The notes: generated by a model not told the origin, from the sequence alone. DNA of 64,000 bases from an uncultured Nitrospiraceae bacterium (GCA_963727775.1 CAVSHB010000001.1:576001-640000), one strand, 5' to 3'; shown: positions 1 through 11,368, counted from the stretch's first letter. Made by a program: numbers and translations.

Positions 1-464
1 GTTTTAAAACCTTGAGGCCGATAGTTAAGGGGGAACAGCAGTTCCGGACAGCAACTATCGTACCGCTCAAGGAGTGTATTCTTTACGGCACCGACAACCC
101 CGGCGGAGAAAATTATATAATGTCGATCAATAGAAAAAACGGAATGGTCGGGAAGATCCAGCAAGTACCCGGACCGGTCCTTTATGGCTGTTTGGCGGGA
201 GGTGCCATAGTGTTTTCCACTATGGTTGAAAAAGGGAACCACGAGGTGACTGTATGGGCCGGCAATGAGCGGTCTTTCAGGTTGATCGTCCACCTTGAAA
301 CGAGGAAGATGAACTGGTTTTGGCGCGAGGTTGTAGGGTATAGTACGGTTATTCTGCCTGACGGCGACTCGAAGGGAGATTATCTGTACTGTACGCCCAT
401 CGGCACCAGGCAATACAGCGAAAGGTTGATTAAAATAAATATGGGCGAATGCGGAGAAGCCTGA
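1..464 (+). CDS. Hypothetical protein, 5'-partial, in a polysaccharide locus
   Basis: Frame is open from the window edge (TTT AAA ACC TTG...) to TGA at 464, 27 nt upstream of wecB; family not recognised. Confidence 0.6.
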   Translation, partial: FKTLRPIVKGEQQFRTATIVPLKECILYGTDNPGGENYIMSINRKNGMVGKIQQVPGPVLYGCLAGGAIVFSTMVEKGNHEVTVWAGNERSFRLIVHLETRKMNWFWREVVGYSTVILPDGDSKGDYLYCTPIGTRQYSERLIKINMGECGEA

Positions 465-491
465 AAAAGGCCTTCAATTAAAAAGACTGCC

Positions 492-1613
492 ATGAGGATT
501 TTGCTGACAGCAGGCGTAAGGCCTAATTTTATGAAGATAGCCCCTCTCGTGCATGAGCTGACAAGATTGCAGACCGGCAGGCGGGACAATTGCAATCTGA
601 GCTGGAAGCTTGTTCATACCGGGCAGCATTATGATTATGAAATGTCGAAGGTTTTTTTCGAGGAGCTTGATATACCTGAGCCGGATTACTTTCTTGGCGC
701 CGGTTCGGGCAGCCATGCGGAACAGACGGCAAAAGTTATGGTGGAGTTCGAAAAAGTCTGTCTGGCGGAGAACCCGGATGTTGTTGTAGTTGTCGGTGAT
801 GTAAATTCAACACTCGCGTGCTCGGTCACGGCGAAGAAGATGCAGATAGATGTTGCTCATGTTGAAGCAGGCTTAAGAAGCCGTGATATGTCGATGCCTG
901 AGGAGATAAACAGGATTGTGACCGATTCCATTTCCGATTATCTCTTTGTTACGGAAGAGAGCGGTATAGAAAATCTCAGACATGAGGGCAGACAAAGAAG
1001 ACAGATATTTTTTGTCGGAAACATAATGATAGACACTCTTTATTACAGCCTGAAAAAACTGAGGGGCCGTGCTTTCGGTAGGAGCGCCGGTATGAAGGCA
1101 GTTGTCAGTACGGACGAAAGCGAATATGCTGTCCTCACGCTGCACAGACCTTCCAATGTAGACAATAAGGAAAAACTCGGGGATATTCTCTCAGCCCTGG
1201 CAGCAATATCAAAGGATATGAAGATAATTTTCCCGATACATCCGAGGACCCAAAAAAACATAGACACTTTCAACCTGAGCAATCTTCTGAAGTCTTCAAA
1301 TATTAAAGTAATACCTCCGATGCCCTATCTTGAGTTCCTTTGTCTTTGGAAAGACGCTGCGCTTGTGCTTACCGACAGCGGCGGGATACAGGAAGAGACA
1401 ACGGCCCTCGGTATCCCCTGTTTCACCATACGGGACAATACCGAAAGACCCGTCACTATTAAAGAAGGGACAAATATTTTGGTAGGTACTACTGGCAGGG
1501 CCATACTCTCCGCATACAGACGGTTTAAGAGAGGCGACCGGAAGCAGGGAAAGGTCCCGAAATTCTGGGACGGCAAAACAGCGAAGAGAATCATAAACAT
1601 TCTCGTGCGCTGA
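492..1613 (+). CDS. wecB: UDP-N-acetylglucosamine 2-epimerase (non-hydrolysing)
   Basis: Motifs GxRPNFMKIAP, HTGQHYD, GDVNST, HVEAGLRS, MPEEINR, TDSGGIQEE, TERP. Confidence 0.95.
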   Translation: MRILLTAGVRPNFMKIAPLVHELTRLQTGRRDNCNLSWKLVHTGQHYDYEMSKVFFEELDIPEPDYFLGAGSGSHAEQTAKVMVEFEKVCLAENPDVVVVVGDVNSTLACSVTAKKMQIDVAHVEAGLRSRDMSMPEEINRIVTDSISDYLFVTEESGIENLRHEGRQRRQIFFVGNIMIDTLYYSLKKLRGRAFGRSAGMKAVVSTDESEYAVLTLHRPSNVDNKEKLGDILSALAAISKDMKIIFPIHPRTQKNIDTFNLSNLLKSSNIKVIPPMPYLEFLCLWKDAALVLTDSGGIQEETTALGIPCFTIRDNTERPVTIKEGTNILVGTTGRAILSAYRRFKRGDRKQGKVPKFWDGKTAKRIINILVR

Positions 1614-1689
1614 CGGGAAATTCAATTGACGATGAAATACTTTGATCGGATAAAAGCTTAGCCTGTATTGTTTATAATGCATAGAATAG

Positions 1690-1794
1690 CAGAGTAGATG
1701 CTATATCATCGCTCATTCTCGGTCCGCTTTGCGGACCTCCGAGGTATCCCGATAGGAATCGGGATAAAGCCGCTCTGATACAGCATCTACTCTG
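1690..1794. repeat. Cruciform element copy 1: 19-bp inverted arms around a conserved core
   Basis: Arms CAGAGTAGATGCTATATCA (1690-1708) and TGATACAGCATCTACTCTG (1776-1794), 1 mismatch. Core blocks CGCTCATTCTCGG, CCTCCGAGGTA and CCGCT are shared with 24519-24622. Confidence 0.8.
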
Positions 1795-1809
1795 ATTGGT
1801 CAAAATATT

Positions 1810-2961
1810 ATGGATATACCTTTTCACAGACCATATATAACTGAAGAAGAAATTGCCGAAGTGGTCGATTCCATGAAATCCGGATGGATTACGATGGGAC
1901 CGAAGACGATAAAATTTGAAAATGAATTCGGGCTATATATAGGCGCGAAAAATGCCGTGGCAGTCAATTCCTGCACGGCTGCATTGCACCTTGCATTAAA
2001 GGCAATCGGCTTAAAGTCCGGCGACGAAGTTATCGTCCCAACAATGACTTTTACGGCCACGGGCGAGGTTGTCTGCTACTTTGGGGCGAAGCCGGTGCTC
2101 GTAGACTCGGAAGAGAATACACATAACATCGATGTCGCTGAAATAGAAAAAGCTGTAACACCCAGGACCAAAGCTATTATCCCCGTTCATTACGCCGGCC
2201 AACCGTGCGACATGGACGAGATAATGCGGATAGCCGGAAGCCATAACCTGAGAGTGATTGAGGATGCGGCCCACTCTTTGCCGGCATGGTACAAAGAAAG
2301 AAAAGTAGGAACAATAGGAGACATAACGTGCTTCAGTTTTTATGCTACAAAAACACTCTCAACCGGTGAGGGCGGTATGGTCACTACCGGAAATGATGAG
2401 TGGGCTGAAAGAATAAGGATATTGAGATTACATGGTATTTCCAAAGATGCGTGGAAAAGATACTCAGGCGAAGGCTCCTGGTATTATGAGGTTGTGGAGG
2501 CCGGATATAAGTACAATATGACCGATATACAGGCCGCGTTAGGGTTGGCCCAGCTCAAGAAAGTCGAATGGATGTGGGGACAAAGAAGAGAAATAGCGGA
2601 CAGATACACTGAAGCATTCAAGGATTCGGAGATAATAAAACCCCCGCATGGTAAAGCGGACAGGATTTCCGCCTGGCATTTGTATGTGATTCAATTGAAT
2701 CTTGAGTCATTGAGCATCGATAGATCACGATTTATTGAAGAACTCAGAATAAGAGGAATCGGGGCGAGTGTGCATTTTATCCCTTTGCATAAACATCCTT
2801 TTTACAGGAATGCTTTTGGGTATAATTCCGTGGATTTTCCGGTTGCCGAAAGGTTTTATGAACGGATTGTATCTCTGCCGGTTTATCCGGGGATGAAGGA
2901 TAGTGATGTTAATGCTGTGATAGGAGCAGTGGAAGATGTCTGCAGGAAATTCAGAAGATAG
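1810..2961 (+). CDS. DegT/DnrJ/EryC1/StrS family PLP-dependent aminotransferase
   Basis: NSCTAALHLAL, IIPVHYAG, EDAAH, and FSFYATKTLSTGEGG containing the PLP lysine. Confidence 0.93.
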   Translation: MDIPFHRPYITEEEIAEVVDSMKSGWITMGPKTIKFENEFGLYIGAKNAVAVNSCTAALHLALKAIGLKSGDEVIVPTMTFTATGEVVCYFGAKPVLVDSEENTHNIDVAEIEKAVTPRTKAIIPVHYAGQPCDMDEIMRIAGSHNLRVIEDAAHSLPAWYKERKVGTIGDITCFSFYATKTLSTGEGGMVTTGNDEWAERIRILRLHGISKDAWKRYSGEGSWYYEVVEAGYKYNMTDIQAALGLAQLKKVEWMWGQRREIADRYTEAFKDSEIIKPPHGKADRISAWHLYVIQLNLESLSIDRSRFIEELRIRGIGASVHFIPLHKHPFYRNAFGYNSVDFPVAERFYERIVSLPVYPGMKDSDVNAVIGAVEDVCRKFRR

Positions 2962-3577
2962 GACCAAAGGGTTTTATGGAAGATACGGGAAGCGATTTTT
3001 TGATCTAACGCTGTCAGTCCCTTCTATTATTATCCTTTCCCCGGTATTCCTGATAAGCGCAATTGTAATCAAGCTTGAAACGCCCGGACCCGTTTCTTTT
3101 ACCCAGGAGAGAATAGGCTGTGGCGGAAGATCGTTTAAGCTTTATAAATTCAGGACAATGGTGAAAGACGCCGCGAAGATCGGCCCTCCCGTGACCCCCG
3201 CAAATGATCCGAGGATTACGAGAGTTGGAAAACTGTTGAGAAAATTCAAGATCGATGAGATGCTGCAGATATTTAATGTGATTAAAGGCGACATGAGCGT
3301 GATTGGTCCGAGGCCGGAGGTCGGGAAATATGTGGACCAATGCAAGGATGATTATAAAGAAATATTAAGAATTAAACCGGGCATGACGGATTATGCCTTA
3401 ATCGCTTTTAGGAATGAGGAAGAAATACTGAGCAAGTTCGACAATATTGAAGAAGGATATATAAAAGAAGTTTTGCCTGAAAAGATAAGGCTTTATAAAA
3501 AATATATGGAAGAGATGAGCTTTTTGACCGATATGAAAATATTTTTCAGGACGATCATGGAAATACTGGGAAGATGA
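2936..3577 (+). CDS. Bacterial sugar transferase (PglC/WbaP-type phosphoglycosyl transferase)
   Basis: KRFFDL plus TM segment, KFRTM, DPRITRVGKLLRKFKIDE, GDMSVIGPRPE, KPGMT. Confidence 0.92.
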   Translation: MSAGNSEDRTKGFYGRYGKRFFDLTLSVPSIIILSPVFLISAIVIKLETPGPVSFTQERIGCGGRSFKLYKFRTMVKDAAKIGPPVTPANDPRITRVGKLLRKFKIDEMLQIFNVIKGDMSVIGPRPEVGKYVDQCKDDYKEILRIKPGMTDYALIAFRNEEEILSKFDNIEEGYIKEVLPEKIRLYKKYMEEMSFLTDMKIFFRTIMEILGR

Positions 3578-5465
3578 GAAAATACATAATCTCTATTATA
3601 GATAAGGGACGGAAGTATAAGAGGATATTAGTCCCTTTCGGGGAAGCAGGTTTCCTCGTGGTGGTATTGTTTTTATCGTATTGGATAAGACTCGGCAGTA
3701 TCGACAAAGGATATGTGTCCGCAATTTATTTATCTGGCCGCAATCGTGGTCCCGATGAAAATTGCATTATTTTGGATGTTCAGGCTTTATCATATCTCAT
3801 TCCGGTTTATCTCTATGTACGAAATCATCGCTGTTCTGAAGGCGTCTTTTGTTTCGACTCTCATCTTTGCTTTGCTTATTATGGTATTCAGAGATGTGCC
3901 TTTTTTAAAGGGGTTCCCGAGGTCCGTTGTTTTCATAGACTTTATGTTTACTTTTCTCACAGGTTCAGGCTTAAGGCTTGCGTTTACGTTGTTTTATTTC
4001 CCGCAGATAAAGGGAGAAGGGAAAATAAAGGCACTGGTAGTCGGAGCGGGCAGCGCCGGGGTACAGTTGGTGAGGGAGATGATAACATCCCCTCATTCAA
4101 GATATATCCCGGTCGCTTTTGTCGACGATGATCCCGGCAAGCAGGGAAGCATAATACACGGGGTAAGGATCGAAGGAAGAAAAGAAGATATACCGGGAGT
4201 AGCGGACGATCTTCAGGTGGAGGAGATTATCATATCCATACCTTCCGCTTCTTCGGATCGAATTAAAGAAAGTCATGGAATATGTGAGAGCGTCGGGTGT
4301 TAAAAATGTAAAAATATTGCCGGGATTATTTCATATCCTCTCAGGCAATGCCGCCCTTGGTGAGATAAGAGATATAATCCCTGAAGACCTTTTGGGAAGA
4401 GAACCGGTAAAAATAGATTCTGAAAAAATTGCTTCTTATCTGACAGGGAAACGTATCCTGGTCACCGGCGCCGGCGGGTCTATCGGCTCCGAGCTTTGCA
4501 GACAGCTGGCAAGCTTTGAGCCTTCATCCCTTATTATGCTCGATACCGGGGAGACAGAGCTTTTTTATATAGACAGGGAGATGAAAGAAAAGTTCGGTAA
4601 GATACCCGTGACTTCAATAATAGCGGACGTAAAAGATATGGTAGGCATGAGGAGCATTTTTTCTCGCTATGTACCCCAGGTGGTCTTTCATGCCGCGGCT
4701 TATAAGCATGTGCCTCTCATGGAGACAAACCTCAGAGAGGCTGTGCTGAACAACATTGAAGGGACAAGAGTGACCGCGCTTTGCTCCATAGAGCGCGGCG
4801 TCGAAAAATTTATCTTTATTTCGACGGATAAGGCAATAAATCCCACCAGCATAATGGGAGCTTCAAAAAGGGTATGCGAGAAATTTCTCGGATGTTTGAA
4901 CAGTAAAGGATGCAGGTTTATTTCAGTCCGGTTTGGAAATGTACTGGAAAGCAGGGGGAGCGTTATCCCCATATTTAAAGAGCAGATTAAGAAAGGCGGT
5001 CCGGTCACCATCACTCACCCGGATATGAAGCGATATCTCATGAGCATCACCGAGGCTGTCGGGTTGGTTCTTCAGGCTGGAGCAATGGGGGAGGGCAGCG
5101 AGGTTTTTGTTTTAGATATGGGCGAGCCTGTAAATATCCTTGCCTTAGCGCATGATATAATCCGTTTCTACGGGTTTGAGCCGGATAAGGACATCCCGAT
5201 TGTTTTTACGGGCAAAAGACCGGGGGAAAAATTGTTTGAAGAACTTCTTACTGCCGAAGAGGGGACTTCAGCGACAAAGCACGAAAAGATTTATATCGCC
5301 CATGTTACCGACAAGCCCGGATTTGAATATATCGACAAAGTGGAGAACCTTATCACTATAGCCAGAAACGATGCTGAAAATAAAAATATTGTTCTTTTAC
5401 TTAAAGAGCTGGTCCCCACTTATCAGCCCGGAGACGGTCCGATAGGCAAAGTTGCTGATTGTTGA
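3574..5465 (+). pseudogene. PglF/CapD-type nucleoside-diphosphate sugar dehydratase, broken by two +1 frameshifts
   Basis: Three overlapping ORFs give, in order, the TM N-terminus, VVGAGSAG/FVDDD, and LVTGAGGSIGSELC/HAAAYKHVP/STDKA/VRFGNVL. Removing one base near 3718 and one near 4270 restores a single frame. Confidence 0.85.
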
Positions 5466-5466
5466 T

Positions 5467-6612
5467 ATGAAAAATATCCCGGGAGAAATGGAACTGCTGC
5501 TTCTGCTTTCAAGGGTCAGCCCTGAAGCGTCAACCGTTGAAAAAGCACAGAATATTATAAACTCTTCTGTCAACTGGGATTTATTCACCGCCCTGTCTTT
5601 AAAACACGGCACGTCCGCTATTATTTATAAAAATCTTTACAGACTGCAAAACGTACCGGAACACATAATAAAGAAATATAAAGGCATTTATAATAATTTA
5701 TTGCGAAAGAACATACTGATGATCTCCGAGCTCGACAGGATCATTGACGGCCTGAACAGAAAAAACATAGAGGTCATATCACTTAAAGGCGCTGCAACAT
5801 CAGAAAAAATATTCGGTGACATAGGGATATATCCGTCAGGCGATATAGACATGCTCGTGAAGGTGGAAGATGTCGACAAGGTCAGAGAATTTCTTGAAAA
5901 CGACGGATACTCACTGAACGATGCAGGCTTCGAAAAATACAAAGGATATTATCTTAAAGAACAGTATCATATCAGTCTGACAAAAGACATGTATACGGTT
6001 GAGCCCCACTGGAACCTGTTCATGAGATACTTCAATTCCGCTCCGGAGTTCTGGTGGGAAGAAAGCAACAGCGTCTTATCCGGAGGCAGACAATACATGT
6101 TCCTATCGCCTGAAAGAAATATTCTTTACGGTTCTTTCAGACTGTTTTCTCAGGCGTTTAATTACTTGCGGTTTTTGGTCATGGTAGCAGAGATGATCAG
6201 GTATTACAGGAAAGAAATAGACTGGAACAAATTATTTATTTATGCGGACCGGTTTCAGTTTCAGCATGTCCTGGCAGTTGTTCTGAGATTGTCGAATGAG
6301 TTGTTGGGCGCGCCGGTGCCGAAAGAACTGATTGAGTTGAAAAGATTCAGAACGCGATTACTTTATAAATATGCCGGTAGAATATTGATGCAGGAAAAAA
6401 ATGTTAATAATAACTTTAATGTCCGGTATAAAATATTATTGACGCTATTGAGTACTGATTTTTCAAGGGCTTTCAGGATCTTTTCCCGCCGGATTTTCCC
6501 TTCTAAAGGAGAAATAGTTGCCCGTTATGGAATCCCTGAAGGATCGTATAAAATGATAATTTATTATTTGTTGAATCCTATTCTAATTTTGACCAGAAAA
6601 GATCTGCCCTAA
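5467..6612 (+). CDS. Uncharacterised nucleotidyltransferase family protein (NTP_transf_5-like)
   Basis: LKG motif, GDIDMLV and VEPHW. ATG at 5467 preferred over the upstream TTG. Confidence 0.75.
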   Translation: MKNIPGEMELLLLLSRVSPEASTVEKAQNIINSSVNWDLFTALSLKHGTSAIIYKNLYRLQNVPEHIIKKYKGIYNNLLRKNILMISELDRIIDGLNRKNIEVISLKGAATSEKIFGDIGIYPSGDIDMLVKVEDVDKVREFLENDGYSLNDAGFEKYKGYYLKEQYHISLTKDMYTVEPHWNLFMRYFNSAPEFWWEESNSVLSGGRQYMFLSPERNILYGSFRLFSQAFNYLRFLVMVAEMIRYYRKEIDWNKLFIYADRFQFQHVLAVVLRLSNELLGAPVPKELIELKRFRTRLLYKYAGRILMQEKNVNNNFNVRYKILLTLLSTDFSRAFRIFSRRIFPSKGEIVARYGIPEGSYKMIIYYLLNPILILTRKDLP

Positions 6613-7859
6613 ACTTTTATCCTGCCGTAGTTCACTCCTTTTTCCGGACCTTCTATCCTGAAGAGTCCGTCATTCCCCAATAAATGCTTTAGTCTTTCCG
6701 TATCAATGCTGTTATAGAAGACTGGTTTGATGAATGTCGGGTCGTCGATATTGCCCAAAAGATTATCTTTCAATTTAGCGTCCTTCATAATGATATCCGT
6801 AATCTGCAATGATTTATACAGCCTGATATAAGTGTTTACCCCAACGCTGTCCGGCAGCGGCCTCCGCAGGACATCAAAATATTCCGATAGGTTATCGCCG
6901 GTCTCATAGGGAAATCCCGTGAGAAAATCTATCGCTACTTTTATGCCGGAGGACTTAGCGCCGAAGACGAACTTTTCATAATCCGTCCAATAGAGAGGGC
7001 ATTTCTTCCATGAATCCACCGACAATGTTATAAGGTAGACGCCTGTATCTTTCAACAACTTGAACAATTTTTTGTTGAAATTCGCAGGTTTCATGTACAC
7101 AGCCCATTTGATGCCTAAGCCTGCTTTTTTCAGGGCTGTACAGAAATTAATTGTATAATCAAGGTTCTCGTTGAACTCCGAATCGCAGAGGTGAAAGTTG
7201 TCATAACCGATATCCACGAAACTTTTTATCTCTTCAATAACGTCTTCAGGGTCCTTGAAAGACACCCGCGAATTTGCCTCGATACAGAACACGCACGAAG
7301 AACTGCATCCTTTGTGCGTCTCAAATCCGATGACCCCGCCGGCTTCAGTGTATTTTTTGTAATCGATCTTAAGCGGTCTTCGCCGGCACGAAATCCCACC
7401 CGCAGTTTTACCGTGATGGACCTTTCTCCCGGTATCGGAACGCCCCATCTTATCTAAAACCGCGTGGATCGTATTTTCAGCAGGTCCCGCGATAGCATAG
7501 TCGGCGTTCAGATATTCAAGCGTTCCTTCCGGGTTTGTCAAAACGCCGGTGCCGCCGATTATTACTTTAAGCCCGTGGCCGGATTTTATATGGTCAATGA
7601 TGTCTTTTATCTCGTCAAGGAAAAACTCATTCGTGTGATAAAGAACGCTGTCCGCATTTCTCACCGCTATCCCCACTACCTCAGGTTTGAAAGAAATGAT
7701 CGAGTTGTCTATGTCTTTATAAGACTCCCCGGAAAAGCATAAATCAACAATTTCAGCCGCGTGGCCTTTCTCTTCAAGGGAGGCGGTTATATATTCAAGC
7801 CCTAACGGAGGGACAGGAGGAGATTTATATCTGTTCGGATTAACAAGTAATACCTTCAT
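6609..7859 (-). CDS. Cobalamin-binding radical SAM protein
   Basis: N-terminal B12-binding segment (PPLGLEYI...VVGIAVRN...IIGG), CxxxCxxC (CSSSCVFC), DSEFN, GFPYET. Confidence 0.88.
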   Translation of the reverse strand: MKVLLVNPNRYKSPPVPPLGLEYITASLEEKGHAAEIVDLCFSGESYKDIDNSIISFKPEVVGIAVRNADSVLYHTNEFFLDEIKDIIDHIKSGHGLKVIIGGTGVLTNPEGTLEYLNADYAIAGPAENTIHAVLDKMGRSDTGRKVHHGKTAGGISCRRRPLKIDYKKYTEAGGVIGFETHKGCSSSCVFCIEANSRVSFKDPEDVIEEIKSFVDIGYDNFHLCDSEFNENLDYTINFCTALKKAGLGIKWAVYMKPANFNKKLFKLLKDTGVYLITLSVDSWKKCPLYWTDYEKFVFGAKSSGIKVAIDFLTGFPYETGDNLSEYFDVLRRPLPDSVGVNTYIRLYKSLQITDIIMKDAKLKDNLLGNIDDPTFIKPVFYNSIDTERLKHLLGNDGLFRIEGPEKGVNYGRIKV

Positions 7860-7870
7860 GCTGTCGGCTG

Positions 7871-8656
7871 CTACGTTATGTCAGCCTGGGAAAAAATTGT
7901 TTCGTCACGGAATGCCTTAATTAAGTAGATGGTCTTTCTGATATTTTCATCGAGGATATCTACCATAGCGGCATCGAGCCCGGCACCGGCCATATAACCG
8001 AGAAAAGTGGCTTCAAGAGGTTTTCTCAACGCTTTCGGCAGTCCCGTTGAAATATTCGAGACCCAGGCAATAGTATTGATCGGCGGCTCTACAAGCTCTT
8101 TCAGCAACTGAATACATTCATGAGAATTTACAAGATGCTTCTGCCCCATGCCCCTGCCTATATGGACAATTGAAGGGTCGGCAAATAGCCTCTCATTGGG
8201 TATATCGGCTTCATTTGCCTTTTCAAGGAGGTCTTCGATGATCTGCAGTTTTGCTTCCAATGATGAGGGGATTGCTCCGCTTGAAGCTCTAATGACCAGG
8301 GAGGCGCCGGATTTCGACACAATTGAAAACAGGGTTTCAGTATCTTCAGGCTCGATCTTTGAGATAAAGTTGATGAGGGGCGGCTTTGTACACAGCGGCA
8401 CCGACTTCTTGAGCGCGGCGGTGTTTCTTGAATCAAGAGATATGCCGCACTTCGTGGTTTCACAGAGTATCTCTGTGACCCAGGGCAAGGTCTCCTCATC
8501 CCCGGACCCGTCCAGAGAACACTGGATATTGATTATGTCGGCCCCGGATTCTTTCAGTCTTTTCGCAAGCTCCGCCACGGTCTTTTTGTCCTTCTTCATT
8601 ACCGCATCCATATAAATCTTGTTCCTCGTATTGAAGTTGTCTGCTATTGTTATCAT
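7871..8656 (-). CDS. Pterin-binding protein, methyltetrahydrofolate:corrinoid methyltransferase (AcsE/MetH pterin domain)-like
   Basis: GADIINI, ISLDS, LINFIS, LFADP, SNISTGLP, AGLDAA; GGGAGG RBS before ATG 8656. Confidence 0.8.
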   Translation of the reverse strand: MITIADNFNTRNKIYMDAVMKKDKKTVAELAKRLKESGADIINIQCSLDGSGDEETLPWVTEILCETTKCGISLDSRNTAALKKSVPLCTKPPLINFISKIEPEDTETLFSIVSKSGASLVIRASSGAIPSSLEAKLQIIEDLLEKANEADIPNERLFADPSIVHIGRGMGQKHLVNSHECIQLLKELVEPPINTIAWVSNISTGLPKALRKPLEATFLGYMAGAGLDAAMVDILDENIRKTIYLIKAFRDETIFSQADIT

Positions 8657-8724
8657 TTTGTCCTCCCTGTTAAAGTCTGAAACCAAACGATAAATTTATA
8701 TACAAATTATATCATGCCTTTACT

Positions 8725-10722
8725 CTACTTAACCTTTATCCCCACCTCGATCATCCTGCTTTTGATCTCCTTAATCTTGTCCCTTATCTTTGCGGCCAGC
8801 TCAAATTCAAGTTTTTTCGCGGCTTCTTTCATTTCCGACTCAAGCCTCTGCAACGCCGCCTCATCATATCCATATTCAGCTTTTTCCTCTGCTGCGGCAG
8901 GGACCGTCCAGTAATCGGCTTCGTAGATGGAACTGAGTATGTCCTTGATGTTCGACTTTACCGTCTCAGGGGTAATTCCCATTTTTTTATTATAATCTTT
9001 CTGTAATTTTCTTCGCCTTTCCGTTTCATTCAGCGCCTTGCGCATGGAGTTTGTGATGGTGTCCGCATACAAGATCACCTCTCCGTTGATGTTCCTTGCA
9101 GCACGGCCTGCCGTCTGTATCAATGAGCGTTCCGAGCGCAGAAACCCTTCTTTGTCCGCATCAAGGATTGCGACGAGGGAGACCTCAGGCAGATCAAGCC
9201 CTTCACGCAGGAGGTTGACTCCTATGAGGACATCGAATTCCCCGAGGCGAAGGTCTCTTAAAATCCCGACCCTCTCAAGTGTGTCGATGCCGGAATGAAG
9301 GTATCTTGCCCGTACACCGAGGCCGGCATAGTGGTCGGTCAAATCTTCGGCCATCTTTTTGGTGAGTGTGGTCACCAATACCCTTTCACCTTTTTCAGCC
9401 CGTTTCTTTATCTCACCCATAAGATCATCCACCTGTCCGGATATGGGCCGTACGATAAGTTTTGGGTCAATAAGGCCGGTGGGCCTTATTATCTGTTCGA
9501 CAACATGACCACTTGATTTTTCGAATTCATAAGCGCCGGGAGTAGCGGAAATGTAAACCGCCTGTTTGACCCTGTGCTCGAATTCAGCGAATCTGAGCGG
9601 CCTGTTATCCAGTGCGGAGGGGAGTCTGAACCCATAATTGATAAGGGTCTGTTTTCTCGACCTGTCGCCCTCGTACATCCCGCCGATCTGCGGAACAGTG
9701 GCATGTGACTCATCAATAACTATCAGAAAGTCTTCGGGGAAGTAATCAATCAACGTATACGGCGCCTCTCCGGGCGACCTTCCACTCAGGTGGCGGGAAT
9801 AATTCTCTATACCGTGGCAGTACCCGAACTCTTTCAGCATTTCCAGGTCGAACCTCGTCCTCTCTTCAATCCTTTGGGCCTCCAGAGGCTTCCCATCTCT
9901 TAAAAAAAATTCGATCCTTTCTACCATCTCTTTTTCTATATTCTTCAAAGCGGGATCGATTCTTTCCCTCGGGGTTATCCAGTGGCTGTTCGGGAAAATG
10001 GAAAGTCTTTCAAGCCTCCTTATTCTCTCACCCGTCAGTGGATCGAATTCATGAAGAGCGTCAATATCATCTCCGAAAAATTCTATGCGTATTCCTTTGT
10101 CGAGAGAAAAAGACGGGTGGATCTCCACAATATCACCCCTGACCCTGAATGATCCCCTCTTGAATTCTACGTCTGAGCGGACGTACTGCATATCGGTCAA
10201 TCTTTTCAGTATCTCGTCGCGCTCGGTGTGCATTCCTTCTTCAATAACAAGATGCATATCCATATAATCCTGCGGAGAGCCGATGCCGTAAATGCAGGAG
10301 ACAGAGGCCACGACAATTGTGTCCCGTCTTTCAAGGACGGCCCTTGTCGCCGAATGCCTCAGCCTGTCTATGTCATCATTTATCATTGCGTCTTTTTCTA
10401 TATATGTATCGGTTGTCGGAATATAGGCTTCCGGCTGATAGTAGTCGTAGTAGCTTACAAAGAACTCTACGGAATTCTCAGGAAAAAGCTCTTTAAACTC
10501 GCTGTAGAGCTGCGCCGCGAGGGTCTTGTTATGGGCGATTACAAGGGCAGGACTGTTTATGTCTGCGATCACATTGGCAATTGTGAAAGTCTTCCCTGAA
10601 CCGGTGACTCCCAGGAGGACCTGGTCCTTCAGACCTTTTTGCAGGCCTTTTGTGAGCTCGGCAACAGCCCTTGGCTGGTCGCCTTTCGGAGAGAAAGAAG
10701 TGACAAGTTTAAATTTATCCAT
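8725..10722 (-). CDS. uvrB: Excinuclease ABC subunit B
   Basis: [44 protein letters not shown]-terminal UVR domain. Confidence 0.98.
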   Translation of the reverse strand: MDKFKLVTSFSPKGDQPRAVAELTKGLQKGLKDQVLLGVTGSGKTFTIANVIADINSPALVIAHNKTLAAQLYSEFKELFPENSVEFFVSYYDYYQPEAYIPTTDTYIEKDAMINDDIDRLRHSATRAVLERRDTIVVASVSCIYGIGSPQDYMDMHLVIEEGMHTERDEILKRLTDMQYVRSDVEFKRGSFRVRGDIVEIHPSFSLDKGIRIEFFGDDIDALHEFDPLTGERIRRLERLSIFPNSHWITPRERIDPALKNIEKEMVERIEFFLRDGKPLEAQRIEERTRFDLEMLKEFGYCHGIENYSRHLSGRSPGEAPYTLIDYFPEDFLIVIDESHATVPQIGGMYEGDRSRKQTLINYGFRLPSALDNRPLRFAEFEHRVKQAVYISATPGAYEFEKSSGHVVEQIIRPTGLIDPKLIVRPISGQVDDLMGEIKKRAEKGERVLVTTLTKKMAEDLTDHYAGLGVRARYLHSGIDTLERVGILRDLRLGEFDVLIGVNLLREGLDLPEVSLVAILDADKEGFLRSERSLIQTAGRAARNINGEVILYADTITNSMRKALNETERRRKLQKDYNKKMGITPETVKSNIKDILSSIYEADYWTVPAAAEEKAEYGYDEAALQRLESEMKEAAKKLEFELAAKIRDKIKEIKSRMIEVGIKVK

Positions 10723-11368
10723 TTAACTTGATCCCGGAAAGGTCTTGTAACGGACACTCATCACATGACGGTTTTTGCTTCTTACAGAATGTTTTCCCAA
10801 GTTTGACAAAAAGGGCATGATATTCATTCCAAAGCTTCAAATCTTTTTTCAGTGAAGAATGAAACAGCGCCTGGAATTCATTGTAGGATTTGTCATAGTC
10901 CATGACCCCGTGCCTTGAGAGCACCCTTTTGGTGTAGGCGTCAATGACAAAGACAGGTTTTTCGAGTGCATAAAGGAGGATTGAATCGGCTGTTTCAGGG
11001 CCGATCCCGTTGATACCGACGAGTTTTTCCCTCAGGGCACTGATATCCCCGCGTTGCATCCTTTGCATGCTCCCGTGATATTCATTCATGAGAAACCCGA
11101 TAAAGGACTTAAGCCTTTTTGCCTTTACATTGAAATATCCCGCCGGCCTTATAAGTTCGGCAAGTTTTCCGGAGGGCATTTCATGAATGACCTTTGCCGA
11201 GAGGGCGTTGTTCTTTTTCAGATTGCGTATGGCCTTTTCTACATTACCCCAGTTTGTGTTCTGCGTAAGGATGGCGCCCACCGCAATTTCAAACGGTGTA
11301 TCGCCGGGCCACCAGTGCTGGGGTCCAAAGGCTTGATATAATTTCCGATACATTTCGAACAGGCTCAT
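10715..11368 (-). CDS. Endonuclease III-related HhH-GPD DNA glycosylase
   Basis: [27 protein letters not shown], and a C-terminal CxxxxxxCxxCP cluster. Confidence 0.88.
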   Translation of the reverse strand: MSLFEMYRKLYQAFGPQHWWPGDTPFEIAVGAILTQNTNWGNVEKAIRNLKKNNALSAKVIHEMPSGKLAELIRPAGYFNVKAKRLKSFIGFLMNEYHGSMQRMQRGDISALREKLVGINGIGPETADSILLYALEKPVFVIDAYTKRVLSRHGVMDYDKSYNEFQALFHSSLKKDLKLWNEYHALFVKLGKTFCKKQKPSCDECPLQDLSGIKLNG

